Positions 52,675 to 63,021 are shown, counted from the first letter of the stretch. The stretch: 64,000 bases of DNA from Acidobacteriota bacterium (GCA_965217775.1 CBDCJH010000002.1:1056001-1120000); one strand, 5' to 3'. Notes: a model not told the origin generated them from the letters alone. Program-made: numbers and translations.

Positions 52675-52950
52675 ATGAGCGTCGAATTGATCAGTGTTCT
52701 GGTGGCGATGGCGGCGATTGGCCTCGCTTTGGCGGGGTTGATCCTCACAACCAACCGGGGTCTGCGTCAGGATATGGCCCAAATGGAGAAGCGGCTGGAC
52801 GGCAGGATCGACGCTCTCGCATCTCGCTTCGATGAGTTTCAATCCCAGATGGAACGTCAGATTTCCGCGCTCCGTGAGCGTATGGCGCATGTGGAAGGAC
52901 TTTTGAGCGGACTACGAGAAGCCATCGTCAGACGGTCAATCGAGGGCTAG
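52675..52950 (+). CDS. Small TM + coiled-coil protein
   Basis: GGAGG RBS; N-terminal TM; LRERMAHVEGLLSGLRE. Confidence 0.7.
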   Translation: MSVELISVLVAMAAIGLALAGLILTTNRGLRQDMAQMEKRLDGRIDALASRFDEFQSQMERQISALRERMAHVEGLLSGLREAIVRRSIEG

Positions 52951-53190
52951 CCCGCATTTCTCCCCAGGGGGCGTGACGATCGCGCAGGATTTTCGCCCTC
53001 AGCGCGTGCTCGCGACCGAGAGCGTAGTGGTGACTACGTTTGAGGGAGCATGTGCGCGCTGAGGGCGAAAAGACCAGCGAGCGAGCGCCCAGCGCAGTAT
53101 GTCCCGGAGAAACCTTGGAAAATTCCGCGTAAATGCTCAAAAACAGATTATTTTTCATCATACGCGTAGCGACCTGGTGAGAAATTCGGG
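52951..53190. mobile_element. MITE family B intact copy (240 bp, inverted relative to 37482)
   Basis: TIRs CCCGCATTTCTCCCCAGG / CCCGAATTTCTCACCAGG; flanks CTAG / CTAA; internal 17-bp perfect inverted repeat TTTTCGCCCTCAGCGCG. Confidence 0.92.
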
Positions 53191-53222
53191 CTAAGGAGAG
53201 ACCGGGAAAAGGGACGAGGCAG

Positions 53223-54515
53223 ATGTGGTTTCGGGCCTGTTTCCCGGTTCACCTTTTTTTGTTGCCGGTTTCCACCCTTGCGGCGGTGCAGTCCCCGCCC
53301 GAGCCTGACTTCAATCGAGATATTCTGCCCATCTTCCAACGCGAGTGTGTGGGTTGCCACAGCTCCACCCTGAAGCTGGGCGGATTGGTCCTGGAGAGCT
53401 ACCAGGACTTGATGACGGGGGGAGAGCAGGGAACCCCTCTGGTGCCGGGTCACGCCGATCAGAGCCTGCTGGTGAGGATGCTGGAGGGAACGGCTGAGCC
53501 CAGGATGCCCCTCAACGGCGAGTTGCCGGCCGAACAGATCCAACTGGTGCGAGCCTGGATCGACGCCAGCGCCCTCCCTCCGGTGACCCTGGAAACGGCC
53601 GCCGAAGCGGTCCCCATCCCGGACATTCCTCCCCAAGTTGAAGTCGAACCTCCGCTCGCGGCCCTGGGTTTCCATCCCGGGGGGAAGTTGTTGGCACGGG
53701 GCGGGTTCCGGAAGGTCGATCTCCTGGACTTGGCGGAGAATCGGACGATCCAAAGTCTCGAGGGCCCCCAAGACCTGGTTCGGAGTCTCAGTTTCAGCCG
53801 TGACGGAAAGCTGCTGGCGGCGGGAGGAGGAGCTCCAGCGCAGCAAGGTGAGATTCGCGTTTGGAGTCTGGACGGGTTTGGGCTCCAGACCGAGTTGAAA
53901 GGTCATTCGGACTGTGTCTACGCGTTGGATTTCAGTCCCGTCGGCCGAATTCTGGCCAGCTCCAGCTACGATCGGCTGATCCGGTTGTGGGATGTCGAAT
54001 CCGGGACCAGTCTCGGCACCCTGGAGGAACACAACGGGCCCGTCTATTCCATCGCTTTCCTGCCTTCGGGAAACGAACTGGTATCCGCTTCGGCGGACGG
54101 CACGGCGAAGGTCTGGGATGTCGCCTCGCGCCGGCGCCTCGTCACCCTCGCCGGAGCCGAGGGTCCCCTCTACGGCGTGGCCGTCCATCCGGAAGGCGGC
54201 CAGTTTGCGACTGCGGGTGGCGACGGGACCATCCGAGTGTGGGTCCGGGAGGGGGACGAGTGGCAGGTGAAGCGCTCCGTTGTGGCGCATCGGAGCGGTA
54301 CGGAGCACATCGTCTACTCCAGGGACGGACGGAGGATCGTCACCGGCGGCACCGATCGGGTGGTCAAGATCTGGGATTCGAACCCCCTGTCGCGCATCGG
54401 GGCCTGGGATCCTGAGCCCGACTCCATCTTGGCTCTGGCCCTGTCCGGCGACGGAAGCCTTGCTCTGGGACGTTATGACGGAGCCCTGAAACTCGTGGCC
54501 AACGCTGTGGAATAG
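53223..54515 (+). CDS. Planctomycete cytochrome c + WD40 repeat protein
   Basis: DFNRDILPIF..CVGCH; RMP; several GH...WD repeats. Confidence 0.88.
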   Translation: MWFRACFPVHLFLLPVSTLAAVQSPPEPDFNRDILPIFQRECVGCHSSTLKLGGLVLESYQDLMTGGEQGTPLVPGHADQSLLVRMLEGTAEPRMPLNGELPAEQIQLVRAWIDASALPPVTLETAAEAVPIPDIPPQVEVEPPLAALGFHPGGKLLARGGFRKVDLLDLAENRTIQSLEGPQDLVRSLSFSRDGKLLAAGGGAPAQQGEIRVWSLDGFGLQTELKGHSDCVYALDFSPVGRILASSSYDRLIRLWDVESGTSLGTLEEHNGPVYSIAFLPSGNELVSASADGTAKVWDVASRRRLVTLAGAEGPLYGVAVHPEGGQFATAGGDGTIRVWVREGDEWQVKRSVVAHRSGTEHIVYSRDGRRIVTGGTDRVVKIWDSNPLSRIGAWDPEPDSILALALSGDGSLALGRYDGALKLVANAVE

Positions 54516-54539
54516 CTGGACATACTGGCCGCCGCCTAG

Positions 54540-54698
54540 GAGCCTGCGCGGCAGAAATTGATCTACTGCGAAAGCGGTAGAATCGGTCCGGATTTCCCCG
54601 ATTTCTCGGCGAATAGAACAACTATGCACCTCAAAATCGAGAAAATCTGGCCTCGATTCCCCACTTTCTCGCTACGATCATTTCTACCGCGCAGACTC
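54540..54698. mobile_element. MITE family C (159 bp)
   Basis: TIRs GAGCCTGCGCGGCAGAAAT / GAGTCTGCGCGGTAGAAAT (17/19); CTAG at 54536-54539 and 54699-54702. Confidence 0.85.
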
Positions 54699-54759
54699 CT
54701 AGCGACACATGAACCGGCAGCCGGACGCGGGCGCCGGACGGAGTGACCTGACCGTGGGC

Positions 54760-56037
54760 ATGGATTTTTCGGCGTTCGGACGGCGGCTGTTGGGCGACTC
54801 GGGGACTTGGTCGCTGATGGACGACCTCGGCGGAATTGCTGCGTCCGGCGGCTCGATCATGAATCTTGGAGGAGGCAATCCCAGCCTCGTCCCGGCCGCC
54901 GTAGTCCGGTTTCGCCGCCGCATGCAGGCACTGCTGGAGCGGGAAGGGGCGTTCGAGCGGGCGATCGGCTTCTACGGTGGGCCCGACGGAGACCGGAATT
55001 TCGCCCGCGCCCTGGCCCGATTCCTGCGGAGAGAGCTCGGCTGGGAGATCAGGGAGCGCAACATCGCCCTGACCAACGGGAGCCAATCCGCCTTCCTGCC
55101 CCTGTTCAATCTCCTGGCCGGCCCGATGGAGGCCGGCCGGCCGATGCGCCGCATCCTGCTGCCGTTGGCGCCGGAGTACATCGGCTACGCGGACCTGGGG
55201 CTCACGCCCGGTCTCTTGACCGCTTGCCGTTCGACCATCCATGAGCTGGACGACAAGCTCTTCAAATACGGGGTGGACTTCGAAGGACTGGACGGTGTCG
55301 AGGACATTGGAGCGATCTGCGTGTCCCGTCCGTCCAATCCGACCGGCAACGTGGTCACCGACTTGGAGGTCGACCGGCTCCGCGCCGCCGCCCGTTCCCG
55401 CGGTGTGCCCCTGATCCTGGACACCGCCTACGGATCGCCGTTCCCGGGCATCGTCTTCGGTCGGGAGACCCCCGTGTGGGACGAGCAGATGGTGGTCTGC
55501 ATGAGTCTGTCGAAACTCGGACTGCCCGGATTGCGCACAGGCATCGTGATTGCGAACGAGGAGATCGTCGCGGCGTTGGCCGCCGCCACGGCCATCTTCT
55601 GCCTGTCTCCGGGCCGGCTCGGACCCGCCCTCGCCACCGATCTGATCGAGAGCGGCGAGGTGCTGACGCTGGTCCGGGAGGTCATCCGGCCCCACTACGC
55701 GGAGCGCGCGGAGCGCGCCGTGGACCGGCTCCGCGCCGGGCTGGAGGACTATCCGATTCGCATCCACAAACCCGAGGGGGCGTTTTTCCTCTGGCTCTGG
55801 ATGCCGGGTCTCCCCATGACCAATGCCGCGCTCTACAAACGGCTCAAAGCGCGCGGCGTCATCGTCGTGTCGGGCCACTACTTCTTTCCCGGGCTCGAGG
55901 ACGACGACTGGCCGCACAAACGGGAATGTATCCGCATCAGTTATGCCGACGACTGGGACCGAATCGAACGCGGGCTCGACATCATCGTGGAGGAAGTGCG
56001 CCGGGCATACGACGGATCGCCGCCGGTCTCCCCATGA
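54760..56037 (+). CDS. avtA: Valine--pyruvate transaminase
   Basis: MDFSAFG, NLGGGNP, NIALTNGSQ, PLAPEYIGY, VSRPSNPTGNV, SLSKLGLPGLRTG. Confidence 0.92.
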   Translation: MDFSAFGRRLLGDSGTWSLMDDLGGIAASGGSIMNLGGGNPSLVPAAVVRFRRRMQALLEREGAFERAIGFYGGPDGDRNFARALARFLRRELGWEIRERNIALTNGSQSAFLPLFNLLAGPMEAGRPMRRILLPLAPEYIGYADLGLTPGLLTACRSTIHELDDKLFKYGVDFEGLDGVEDIGAICVSRPSNPTGNVVTDLEVDRLRAAARSRGVPLILDTAYGSPFPGIVFGRETPVWDEQMVVCMSLSKLGLPGLRTGIVIANEEIVAALAAATAIFCLSPGRLGPALATDLIESGEVLTLVREVIRPHYAERAERAVDRLRAGLEDYPIRIHKPEGAFFLWLWMPGLPMTNAALYKRLKARGVIVVSGHYFFPGLEDDDWPHKRECIRISYADDWDRIERGLDIIVEEVRRAYDGSPPVSP

Positions 56038-56131
56038 AGTCTTTGGCCTCGAGGTCCACCCGCTTTGGAAATCATTCTGACGGCGGGGTCCATCTCTGTT
56101 ATCCTTCTGTCGAGCCGATAGAGCTTTAATC

Positions 56132-57142
56132 ATGGCTGATCAAATTTTCGACATGCCCGAGTTTCGTCCTCCGAGGATCAATTGGAGGTACGTCCGACTA
56201 GGATTCCTGGTCATTTGTGTGGTGGTTCTGGCCTTTGGGACCGTCTATCAGGTGCAGCCGGAAGAGGTCGGAGTGGTCCTGTTTTTCGGGCAGCACGTTC
56301 GCACCGCCCAGCCGGGACTTCGCTTCAAGCTCCCCTTCATGGAAGACGTGCTGAAGGTCCCGGTGCAGCGCCAGCTCAAGCAGGAATTCGGGTTTCGGAC
56401 CACCCAGCCGGAGATCCGGACCCGCTATGCCTCCAAGCGGTTCCTGGACGAGTCGTTGATGCTCACCGGAGATCTGAACGTGGCGGTGGTGGAGTGGATC
56501 GTCCAGTTCCGGATCACCGATCCATTCCTCTTTCTCTTCAGGGTCCGGAACGTTCAGGAGACGTTTCGGGACATGAACGAAGCGGTGATGCGCGAGGTGG
56601 TGGGGGATCGGACCGTCACCGAGGTCTTGACCGTGGGCCGCCAGGAAATCGAGGACATCGCGGAGCAGAAGTTGCAGGAACTCTGCAGGCAGTATGAGAC
56701 CGGAATCACCGTGGACCAGGTCGTCTTGCAGAACGTGAATCCGCCCGATCCTGTCAAGCCGTCGTGGGACGAAGTGAACCAGGCCCAGCAACAGATGGAC
56801 CGCCTCATCAACGAGGCTCGCGCCGAGTACAACAAGGTGATCCCCCGGGCCAAGGGTGAAGCGGAACAGGCCGTCCTGCAGGCTCAGGGTTACGCCCTCG
56901 AGCGCGTCAACGAAGCCAAGGGGGATGCCTCCCGCTTCAAGTCTCTGCACGACGCCTACCGCCGGGCGCCCGAGGTCACCCGGCGGCGGATGTACCTGGA
57001 GACCATGCAGAAGATCCTGCCTCGTTCGGGTCGCAAACTGTTTCTGGACCAGGATGCGGACGGCGTCGTTCCGCTGCTGCCCATGGAGTCGCTGGAGAAG
57101 ATGATATCGGGTCGTTCACAAGCGGAGGGATCGGGCCCATGA
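56132..57142 (+). CDS. hflK: FtsH modulator HflK
   Basis: SLMLTGDLNVAVVEW, VNPPDPV, RMYLETM. Confidence 0.92.
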   Translation: MADQIFDMPEFRPPRINWRYVRLGFLVICVVVLAFGTVYQVQPEEVGVVLFFGQHVRTAQPGLRFKLPFMEDVLKVPVQRQLKQEFGFRTTQPEIRTRYASKRFLDESLMLTGDLNVAVVEWIVQFRITDPFLFLFRVRNVQETFRDMNEAVMREVVGDRTVTEVLTVGRQEIEDIAEQKLQELCRQYETGITVDQVVLQNVNPPDPVKPSWDEVNQAQQQMDRLINEARAEYNKVIPRAKGEAEQAVLQAQGYALERVNEAKGDASRFKSLHDAYRRAPEVTRRRMYLETMQKILPRSGRKLFLDQDADGVVPLLPMESLEKMISGRSQAEGSGP

Positions 57143-58068
57143 AGCGCCGACATCTGTATCTACTCCTGGGTGTGGCCATCCTGGCCCTGGTGGTGGACGG
57201 CACCTACGTCACGAACGAAGCCGAGCAGGTCATCATCACCCAGTTGGGTAGACCGGTCGGAGACCCGGTCACCGATCCGGGTCTTCACCTGAAACTTCCC
57301 TTCATCCAGACGGCCAACTATTTCGACAAGCGATTCCTGGAGTGGGACGGCGACGCGGACCAGATGCCGACCAAGGACAAGCGATTCATCTGGGTGGACA
57401 CCTACGCCAGGTGGCGCATCAGCGATCCGCTCCGATTCCTGGAGAGGATGCGGGACGAACCCAGGGCCCAGTCCCGGCTGGACGACATTCTGGACGGCGA
57501 GACCCGCAACGCCATCGCTCGCCACGAACTGGTGGAGGTGGTCCGGACCAGCAACCGGCAGGCCCAGGAAACCCAGGAGTCAGCCGAGGAGGAGACCTCG
57601 GTCCTCGAGATCATCGAGACCGGCCGCCAGGCAATTACCCGGGAGATTCTGGAGACGGCCACTCCCAAGGTGGCCGACTTCGGGATTGAGCTCATCGATC
57701 TTCAGCTCAAGCGGATCAATTATGTGGAAGAGGTCCAGAAGGACGTCTTCGCCCGCATGATCGCCGAGCGCAACCGAATCGCGGAGCGCTATCGCTCGGA
57801 GGGTCAGGGCCAGGCCGCCCGGATCCGGGGCGAGCGGGAGAGAGAACTGCAGCGGATTCAGTCGGAAGCGTACAAGACCGCTCAGGAGACCCGAGGCAGG
57901 GCGGACGGAGAAGCCACTCAGATCTACGCCGAAGCGTACAACCGGGATGCCTCCTTTTACGCCTTCATGAAGAGCATGGAGACGTACGAGCGGGGCGTCG
58001 ACGCCAAGACGATCCTGATCCTCACCACCAAGGGCGAGTTGCTCAGGCATCTCCAACGGGCTCAGTAA
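57139..58068 (+). CDS. hflC: FtsH modulator HflC
   Basis: IITQLGRP, PTKDKRFI.VDTYARWRI, KRINY, RMIAER..IAE.YRSEG. Confidence 0.92.
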   Translation: MKRRHLYLLLGVAILALVVDGTYVTNEAEQVIITQLGRPVGDPVTDPGLHLKLPFIQTANYFDKRFLEWDGDADQMPTKDKRFIWVDTYARWRISDPLRFLERMRDEPRAQSRLDDILDGETRNAIARHELVEVVRTSNRQAQETQESAEEETSVLEIIETGRQAITREILETATPKVADFGIELIDLQLKRINYVEEVQKDVFARMIAERNRIAERYRSEGQGQAARIRGERERELQRIQSEAYKTAQETRGRADGEATQIYAEAYNRDASFYAFMKSMETYERGVDAKTILILTTKGELLRHLQRAQ

Positions 58069-58086
58069 GCCCGGCCCCAATTCGAG

Positions 58087-59544
58087 CTAATCGGCGAATC
58101 GCCAGGCCGGAACCGGTTTTCCCGAGGAGTGGACCTCCTCGAGATAGGCTCCGGACTGGGGGGCCGGTCCCAACTGGCGGACGATCTCTCCGTACTCCAA
58201 AATCCGGGTCACCATGACGTTGTGCCAGCGTCCGTCCCGCAGTCTCAGATTCACTGCCATGGGATGATCCACGTTCCAATTGGAGCCTCCGGGAGGAGTG
58301 CCGAATTCGCTCCGGCAGTCGCGGGCGATGATGGGTGTCTCCAGGCCCGTTCGGTCCGCGCGCAGAGGCCACAGCGCCAGAGCTTCGCGCGACCAACCGC
58401 CGCCTCGTGGATTCCCCCGGCGGTCCCGGGGGAGGCGGTAGGTGTGGGGCCAGGGATGCATCTGAACCTGATAGATGTTGGACGCCACGTAGAGAGTGCC
58501 GTCGGTGGCCCGGTTGAGGCAGATGGGTGTGCTGCCGACGATCCCCCGGACGTAGATGATCTGTTCCCAACTCCGGCCCTGATCCCGGGAACGCCAGATG
58601 CGCACGTCGTTGTAATCCGGCTCCTTGCCGCCGCGCACGCAGAAGAGGAGGGAACCGTCCAGGTCGCGCGCCACGCTGGGTTCGAAGGAGTTGTCCCCTC
58701 CGGTCACGGGAATGACGTCTGCCGCTTCCCATCGTCCGTTCCGATGCGTCCAGCGCACCAGCACCGCTCCGGTGGGTTCCGATGGCATGGTACCGGAGGG
58801 AGGCAGAGGCGCCGCCACCATCCCCAGGACCAGGTCGTCTCCGTCTGGGATGGCCGGGCTCAGGCCGCGGTTCGTGACCCGCCAGCCGGAAATGAGCTCG
58901 GTTTCCCCCACCTTGCGGGTCTCCGCCACCCGGAACGCCTCGCCGTCGAACGCGTATTGTTGAACCTCGAAATATCTGTATCTCTCATCTCCCTCGAAGG
59001 GTTCGACCCCCCGAGGATTGTCGAAATGCCAGACCTCGCCCCCGGACGGATCGGACTCGGCGGCCGGCCATCCGATAGCGCTGGCCACGCCGAACCCGGT
59101 CCCGCCCTGTTCGTATTCGGACCCGTCCACCCGCCTTGCCCCCAGGGGAAAGAACCCGCCCTGGACCGGATACTTGACCATGACGGCCGGCTTTCCGGGG
59201 GGGTGGGAGTTGGGATTGGGTTCGAGGTGATTTCGAGAGAGGACGACGGCCCGGGAGGCCCGGACGTCAGAGAGGTCGTCGAACAGGACCCCGTCGGTGC
59301 CGATCTCGAAATCGACTCCGGGACCATATTCTCGGCGGATGCCGCAAAAAAGAATCGCTTGGCGAGGGCCGACTTGGTAGGTGGCGCCCAATCCGTATCG
59401 CCAAGTGGCATTGACAGGCTGGCTCGGCGGCACCTGAATGTCGGGGCCGCCGCGGGTGATGCCGATGATGCCGGCCGCAGAAACCGGGACGGCCGCCATC
59501 ATTCCGGAACAAAGACACAGTAAAACCGCAGTCTTTCTGCTCAT
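58087..59544 (-). CDS. Secreted sialidase-like (BNR) protein
   Basis: Signal peptide MSRKTAVLLCLC; FEPSV; Asp-box SRDQGRSW. Confidence 0.55.
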   Translation of the reverse strand: MSRKTAVLLCLCSGMMAAVPVSAAGIIGITRGGPDIQVPPSQPVNATWRYGLGATYQVGPRQAILFCGIRREYGPGVDFEIGTDGVLFDDLSDVRASRAVVLSRNHLEPNPNSHPPGKPAVMVKYPVQGGFFPLGARRVDGSEYEQGGTGFGVASAIGWPAAESDPSGGEVWHFDNPRGVEPFEGDERYRYFEVQQYAFDGEAFRVAETRKVGETELISGWRVTNRGLSPAIPDGDDLVLGMVAAPLPPSGTMPSEPTGAVLVRWTHRNGRWEAADVIPVTGGDNSFEPSVARDLDGSLLFCVRGGKEPDYNDVRIWRSRDQGRSWEQIIYVRGIVGSTPICLNRATDGTLYVASNIYQVQMHPWPHTYRLPRDRRGNPRGGGWSREALALWPLRADRTGLETPIIARDCRSEFGTPPGGSNWNVDHPMAVNLRLRDGRWHNVMVTRILEYGEIVRQLGPAPQSGAYLEEVHSSGKPVPAWRFAD

Positions 59545-59575
59545 TTCCGTCCTTCCTCTCGGTTCAGAAATTTCG

Positions 59576-60739
59576 CTACCTTTGCGGGGTTTCACTCCGG
59601 CCAAGGCCCGCCCAGTGGATGCCCGCGCTCCCGTGGTCATACTTCCGGTAGTGATCCGCCAAGACGTCGAAGCCGAAATCGTTCTCGTAGTCCCGCCAGA
59701 CCGAATGACTGTGGTTGCTCAGGTTCTGGGTGTTGTCGTATTCGATGAGGAAGGTGGGCGCCTGGACGCGATAGTAGTTGCCCCTGGCCTCCCGGTTCCC
59801 GGTGGTCCTGCCGCCGATGGGAACGGCCTTGGGCTGGGGTCGGCCGATTTGCCCCGCCCAGGCGAAGTAGAGCTGATCCCGGGGCGTTTCCCGAGCGGAC
59901 TTCAGGCGGCGGGCCGCCACTTCCTGGGGCATGTTGCCGGCGTATTCGCCGACGAGCTCCATCAGGCTCTCATATTGAGACTGGGTCATCTTCGACGCCG
60001 GCAGCCCCTGGGGAGCGCCCTCCAGCGTGGCCCGGCGATCCGCCATGGTCAGGATGTCCTCGGGCGCCACTTCCTGGTAGATGGCCTGCCCCTGCCGCTC
60101 CGGATCCAGGCTCTTGAGCAAGGCAACCGCCAGATCCTCCTCCCGTTCCAACACTCTCATCCCCTTGTGGGCTCCCTGGGCCACTTCGTGGGGATTGGCT
60201 CCGAAGAAGGTGGGACTGGATGAGATGAGCTTGCCGTCCTGGAGGGTGTAGTGCACCGAGAGGTGGTGTCCCTCCACCCGCCAGCCCCAGTTGCCCTTGT
60301 CCCCAGGGGTTCCGAAGATGGAGAAATGGAACCTCTCGGCGTCCCGGTGGCCCGTGTGATCGTCCTCGATGGCTCGGATGATCTCTTCCATGCTCATGAC
60401 CCGGGTCGCCTTGGCGAAACCGCTGCGGCTCAGCCCCGAAGCCAGCAGGGCGCTGGCCAGGTGTTTCTGCATGGGGTTCATCTGTTTGAAGGTGATGCCG
60501 TTGCGGACGTAGCCGTGGACCCGGGTGAATCCCCCTTCGGGAAAGTAATGCCAGTCGGCGCGGTGATCGGCGTCGAACGGGAAGAGTGTGTAGGATCTCT
60601 GGACCCGGTCCAGGGACTGGGACAGGACCTGGGCGGCGTCACGCATGAGCGCTTCGGTCGTCCGCGTCCCGTGGTTGGCTACCAGAGCGGCACCGGAAAA
60701 GAGCAGGGCCGCCAACCAGATTCGCAAGTGTTTTCTCAT
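59576..60739 (-). CDS. DUF3500 domain protein
   Basis: WGWRVEGHHLS, PTFFGANP, YYRVQAP.FLIEYDNTQ..NHSHSVWRD..NDFG. Confidence 0.88.
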   Translation of the reverse strand: MRKHLRIWLAALLFSGAALVANHGTRTTEALMRDAAQVLSQSLDRVQRSYTLFPFDADHRADWHYFPEGGFTRVHGYVRNGITFKQMNPMQKHLASALLASGLSRSGFAKATRVMSMEEIIRAIEDDHTGHRDAERFHFSIFGTPGDKGNWGWRVEGHHLSVHYTLQDGKLISSSPTFFGANPHEVAQGAHKGMRVLEREEDLAVALLKSLDPERQGQAIYQEVAPEDILTMADRRATLEGAPQGLPASKMTQSQYESLMELVGEYAGNMPQEVAARRLKSARETPRDQLYFAWAGQIGRPQPKAVPIGGRTTGNREARGNYYRVQAPTFLIEYDNTQNLSNHSHSVWRDYENDFGFDVLADHYRKYDHGSAGIHWAGLGRSETPQR

Positions 60740-60770
60740 GTTTTTCCTCTCTCTGGGATCAGGTCCGGAC

Positions 60771-60809
60771 TAAGACGGGTTCGACCCGGGTGACACCCGC
60801 CCAGTCTAC
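60771..60809 (-). repeat. GTAG-type REP-like hairpin
   Basis: Minus strand GTAGACTGGGCGGGT...ACCCGTCTTAGTC imperfect palindrome. Confidence 0.5.
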
Positions 60810-60834
60810 CAGAGTCCCGTCCCCGCGACCCACG

Positions 60835-62361
60835 TCAACCCGTCCGAAACCGGCGGAGATATTGGTGAACGTAGCTCGCCAGACTTCCGACCAGCAGATT
60901 CGCCGCCAGGGCAAACGGTCCGATCCAGATGAAGCTCACCGGGTCGTAGCCGGTCTCCGGATCGAATCCGAAGATGGGTCCGGAGTAGGCCACCAGGACG
61001 GCCGTCGTGATGCCGGCCACGGTTCCGCAGACCACACCCAGGGGGGTGGCGAAGGGGACGAAGAAAGCGAAGAAGAAGAGAGCGAACAGTGGAGTCGAAA
61101 GCAGCCCCGACGTCTTCTGGCCGACCGCCCAGATGTTTCCCGGCACGTTGTCTATAAGGGACCCGCCCACCACCACGATCGTACCGATCGAGAACGCCAT
61201 GATCTTGGCCAAGCGGATCCGGGCGCGCCGGCTGTCCGGCAATCTCCCGAAACGGTGCAGAAAATCGCGGCTGACCACGGCAGTAATGGAGTTGACGCCC
61301 GAGTCGACGCTGGACATGGCGGCGGCGAAAATCGCCGACACCACCAGCCCCGAGATGCCGGGAGGCAGCACGTAGGCAATGAAATAGGGAAAGACACTGT
61401 CGGCCCCCGGGCCGACGTTGATGCTGGAGGGAAGCGTCCGAGCCGCCTGCTGCACGTACCCCAGTAGGGCGAGCCCGGTGGTCCAGAGAGTGAGCACGAC
61501 AGCGAGACCTGCAATGATATTGGCGATAAAGGAGCGCCGAGCGGCCTTCAGGCTCCCCGTGGCCATATATCTTTGGACGTGGCTCTGGTCGGAGGCGGCT
61601 CCACAGATGCTCTCGAGGGTGACGTAGATCACCGATCCGAATACGGTGACCCGAACCGCCGGGTCGAAGCTGAACCAAGGCTGGTGGTCCCAATGGGGCT
61701 GCCAGGAGGTCGGGATCCAGGTGACGGCGCCCAGTTGGTAGGTCACGATCCCGATCACCAGCCAGGCTCCTCCCAGCATGAGGGTCAGTTGGAGGGTGTC
61801 CGTGATGACGACGGTTCGCAGACCCCCGACCGACGTGTAGATCACGGCGACGAATCCCGTTACCAGGATGACGACTGGAATCCACGATTCGTCCACGCCC
61901 AACATGACGGTCATGGCCCGGGCCGACAGGTAGACGAGAAGCGACATCCAGATCAGGCGCGAAAAGAGGAATATGGCGGCGCCCAGGAGCCGGATCCGCA
62001 AACCCAGTCTCTCTTCCAGGTACTCGTAGGCACTCGTGACGCGCCGGCGCATGTAGAGCGGAAGGAAGACGTATCCCATGACCAGGTAGAGGATGGGATA
62101 GACCATGAAGTTGTTGAACATGGCTCCCGGGCCCTTGCCGATGGCCTCGCCGGGGACCGCCAGGTAGGAGATGGTGCTCAGACCGGTCGCGAAGATGGAG
62201 AACCCCACCAGGGTGGAATTCATGCGCCCGCTACCGGTGAAGTATTCGTTGAGGCTGGTCTGACGGCGGCCGTAAAAATAGCCCAAGACGAGTGTGCCCA
62301 GCGCGTAGAGGGCGATGATCGCCCAGTCGATACCTGCGAGTCCCGCGCCGGAACTATTCAC
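60835..62361 (-). CDS. Sodium:solute symporter
   Basis: IDWAII..Y, EYFTG, SAYEYLEERLG, DQSHVQRYM, FAAAMSSVDSG. Confidence 0.92.
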   Translation of the reverse strand: MNSSGAGLAGIDWAIIALYALGTLVLGYFYGRRQTSLNEYFTGSGRMNSTLVGFSIFATGLSTISYLAVPGEAIGKGPGAMFNNFMVYPILYLVMGYVFLPLYMRRRVTSAYEYLEERLGLRIRLLGAAIFLFSRLIWMSLLVYLSARAMTVMLGVDESWIPVVILVTGFVAVIYTSVGGLRTVVITDTLQLTLMLGGAWLVIGIVTYQLGAVTWIPTSWQPHWDHQPWFSFDPAVRVTVFGSVIYVTLESICGAASDQSHVQRYMATGSLKAARRSFIANIIAGLAVVLTLWTTGLALLGYVQQAARTLPSSINVGPGADSVFPYFIAYVLPPGISGLVVSAIFAAAMSSVDSGVNSITAVVSRDFLHRFGRLPDSRRARIRLAKIMAFSIGTIVVVGGSLIDNVPGNIWAVGQKTSGLLSTPLFALFFFAFFVPFATPLGVVCGTVAGITTAVLVAYSGPIFGFDPETGYDPVSFIWIGPFALAANLLVGSLASYVHQYLRRFRTG

Positions 62362-62779
62362 GGAGCCCTTCTCGCTCTGGATTGAAGGCTCCGGCCTCGG
62401 TTGCCGACGCCCGGGAGCGATCCCGCAGGCTGAGCCCGACGCCGCCGGCAACGGAGGTCAGGAAGGCGCCGACGATGACGGGTTCCAGAACCGGATCCGG
62501 TATCTCCAGACCAGTCCCTTCCCTGATCAGAAAGCCGATGTAGTTGTGGGGCAGGTTGAGCTCACCCAGCGATCGCCGGACCTGCCAGTGCCAGTCGGTG
62601 CAGATGCAGTATCCCCACCCTCGCCAATAGCCGAGTCCGAACCAGGAAATAGCGGTCAGGCCCAGTGCCGCCAGGCTATACCGCCGGGTCCGGGACCAGA
62701 TCCAACCCAGAACCACCAAGAGGATCCAGAGGGAATGGAAAAGGAGGAAAAAGACGTCCAGAAGTTGAAGGAAGCTCAT
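62354..62779 (-). CDS. DUF2784-like membrane protein
   Basis: SWFGLGYWRGWGYCICTDWHWQV. Confidence 0.7.
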   Translation of the reverse strand: MSFLQLLDVFFLLFHSLWILLVVLGWIWSRTRRYSLAALGLTAISWFGLGYWRGWGYCICTDWHWQVRRSLGELNLPHNYIGFLIREGTGLEIPDPVLEPVIVGAFLTSVAGGVGLSLRDRSRASATEAGAFNPEREGLRE

Positions 62780-63021
62780 CGTTTCCTTCCGTTTGCAACG
62801 GCTCCCGTCAACTCTCCTATTTCAATCAGACGTCGCTGAACGATACTGTTTGGAGCATTTTGCCGCAAATTGTGCGCCGCGACGTCGGCAGATTCCGCAT
62901 CTTCCCTGTTGCCCGGATACCTCCTCTTTTGGCTTCTCTCTTTCCTATTTTTCTCTTTTCTCTTTTCCTCATCCCCGCCTTGATTCCGTTTCGGGAAATA
63001 TGACAAGATTCGCGCCCGAAT

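Noticed and set aside
52326-52835. Three overlapping ORFs resembling peptides elsewhere in the window
   Set aside because: They are the open frames of MITE A, not a gene family
56132-58068. Second hflK-hflC pair as a novelty
   Set aside because: Ordinary arrangement; useful only as contrast to the ATPase-linked set
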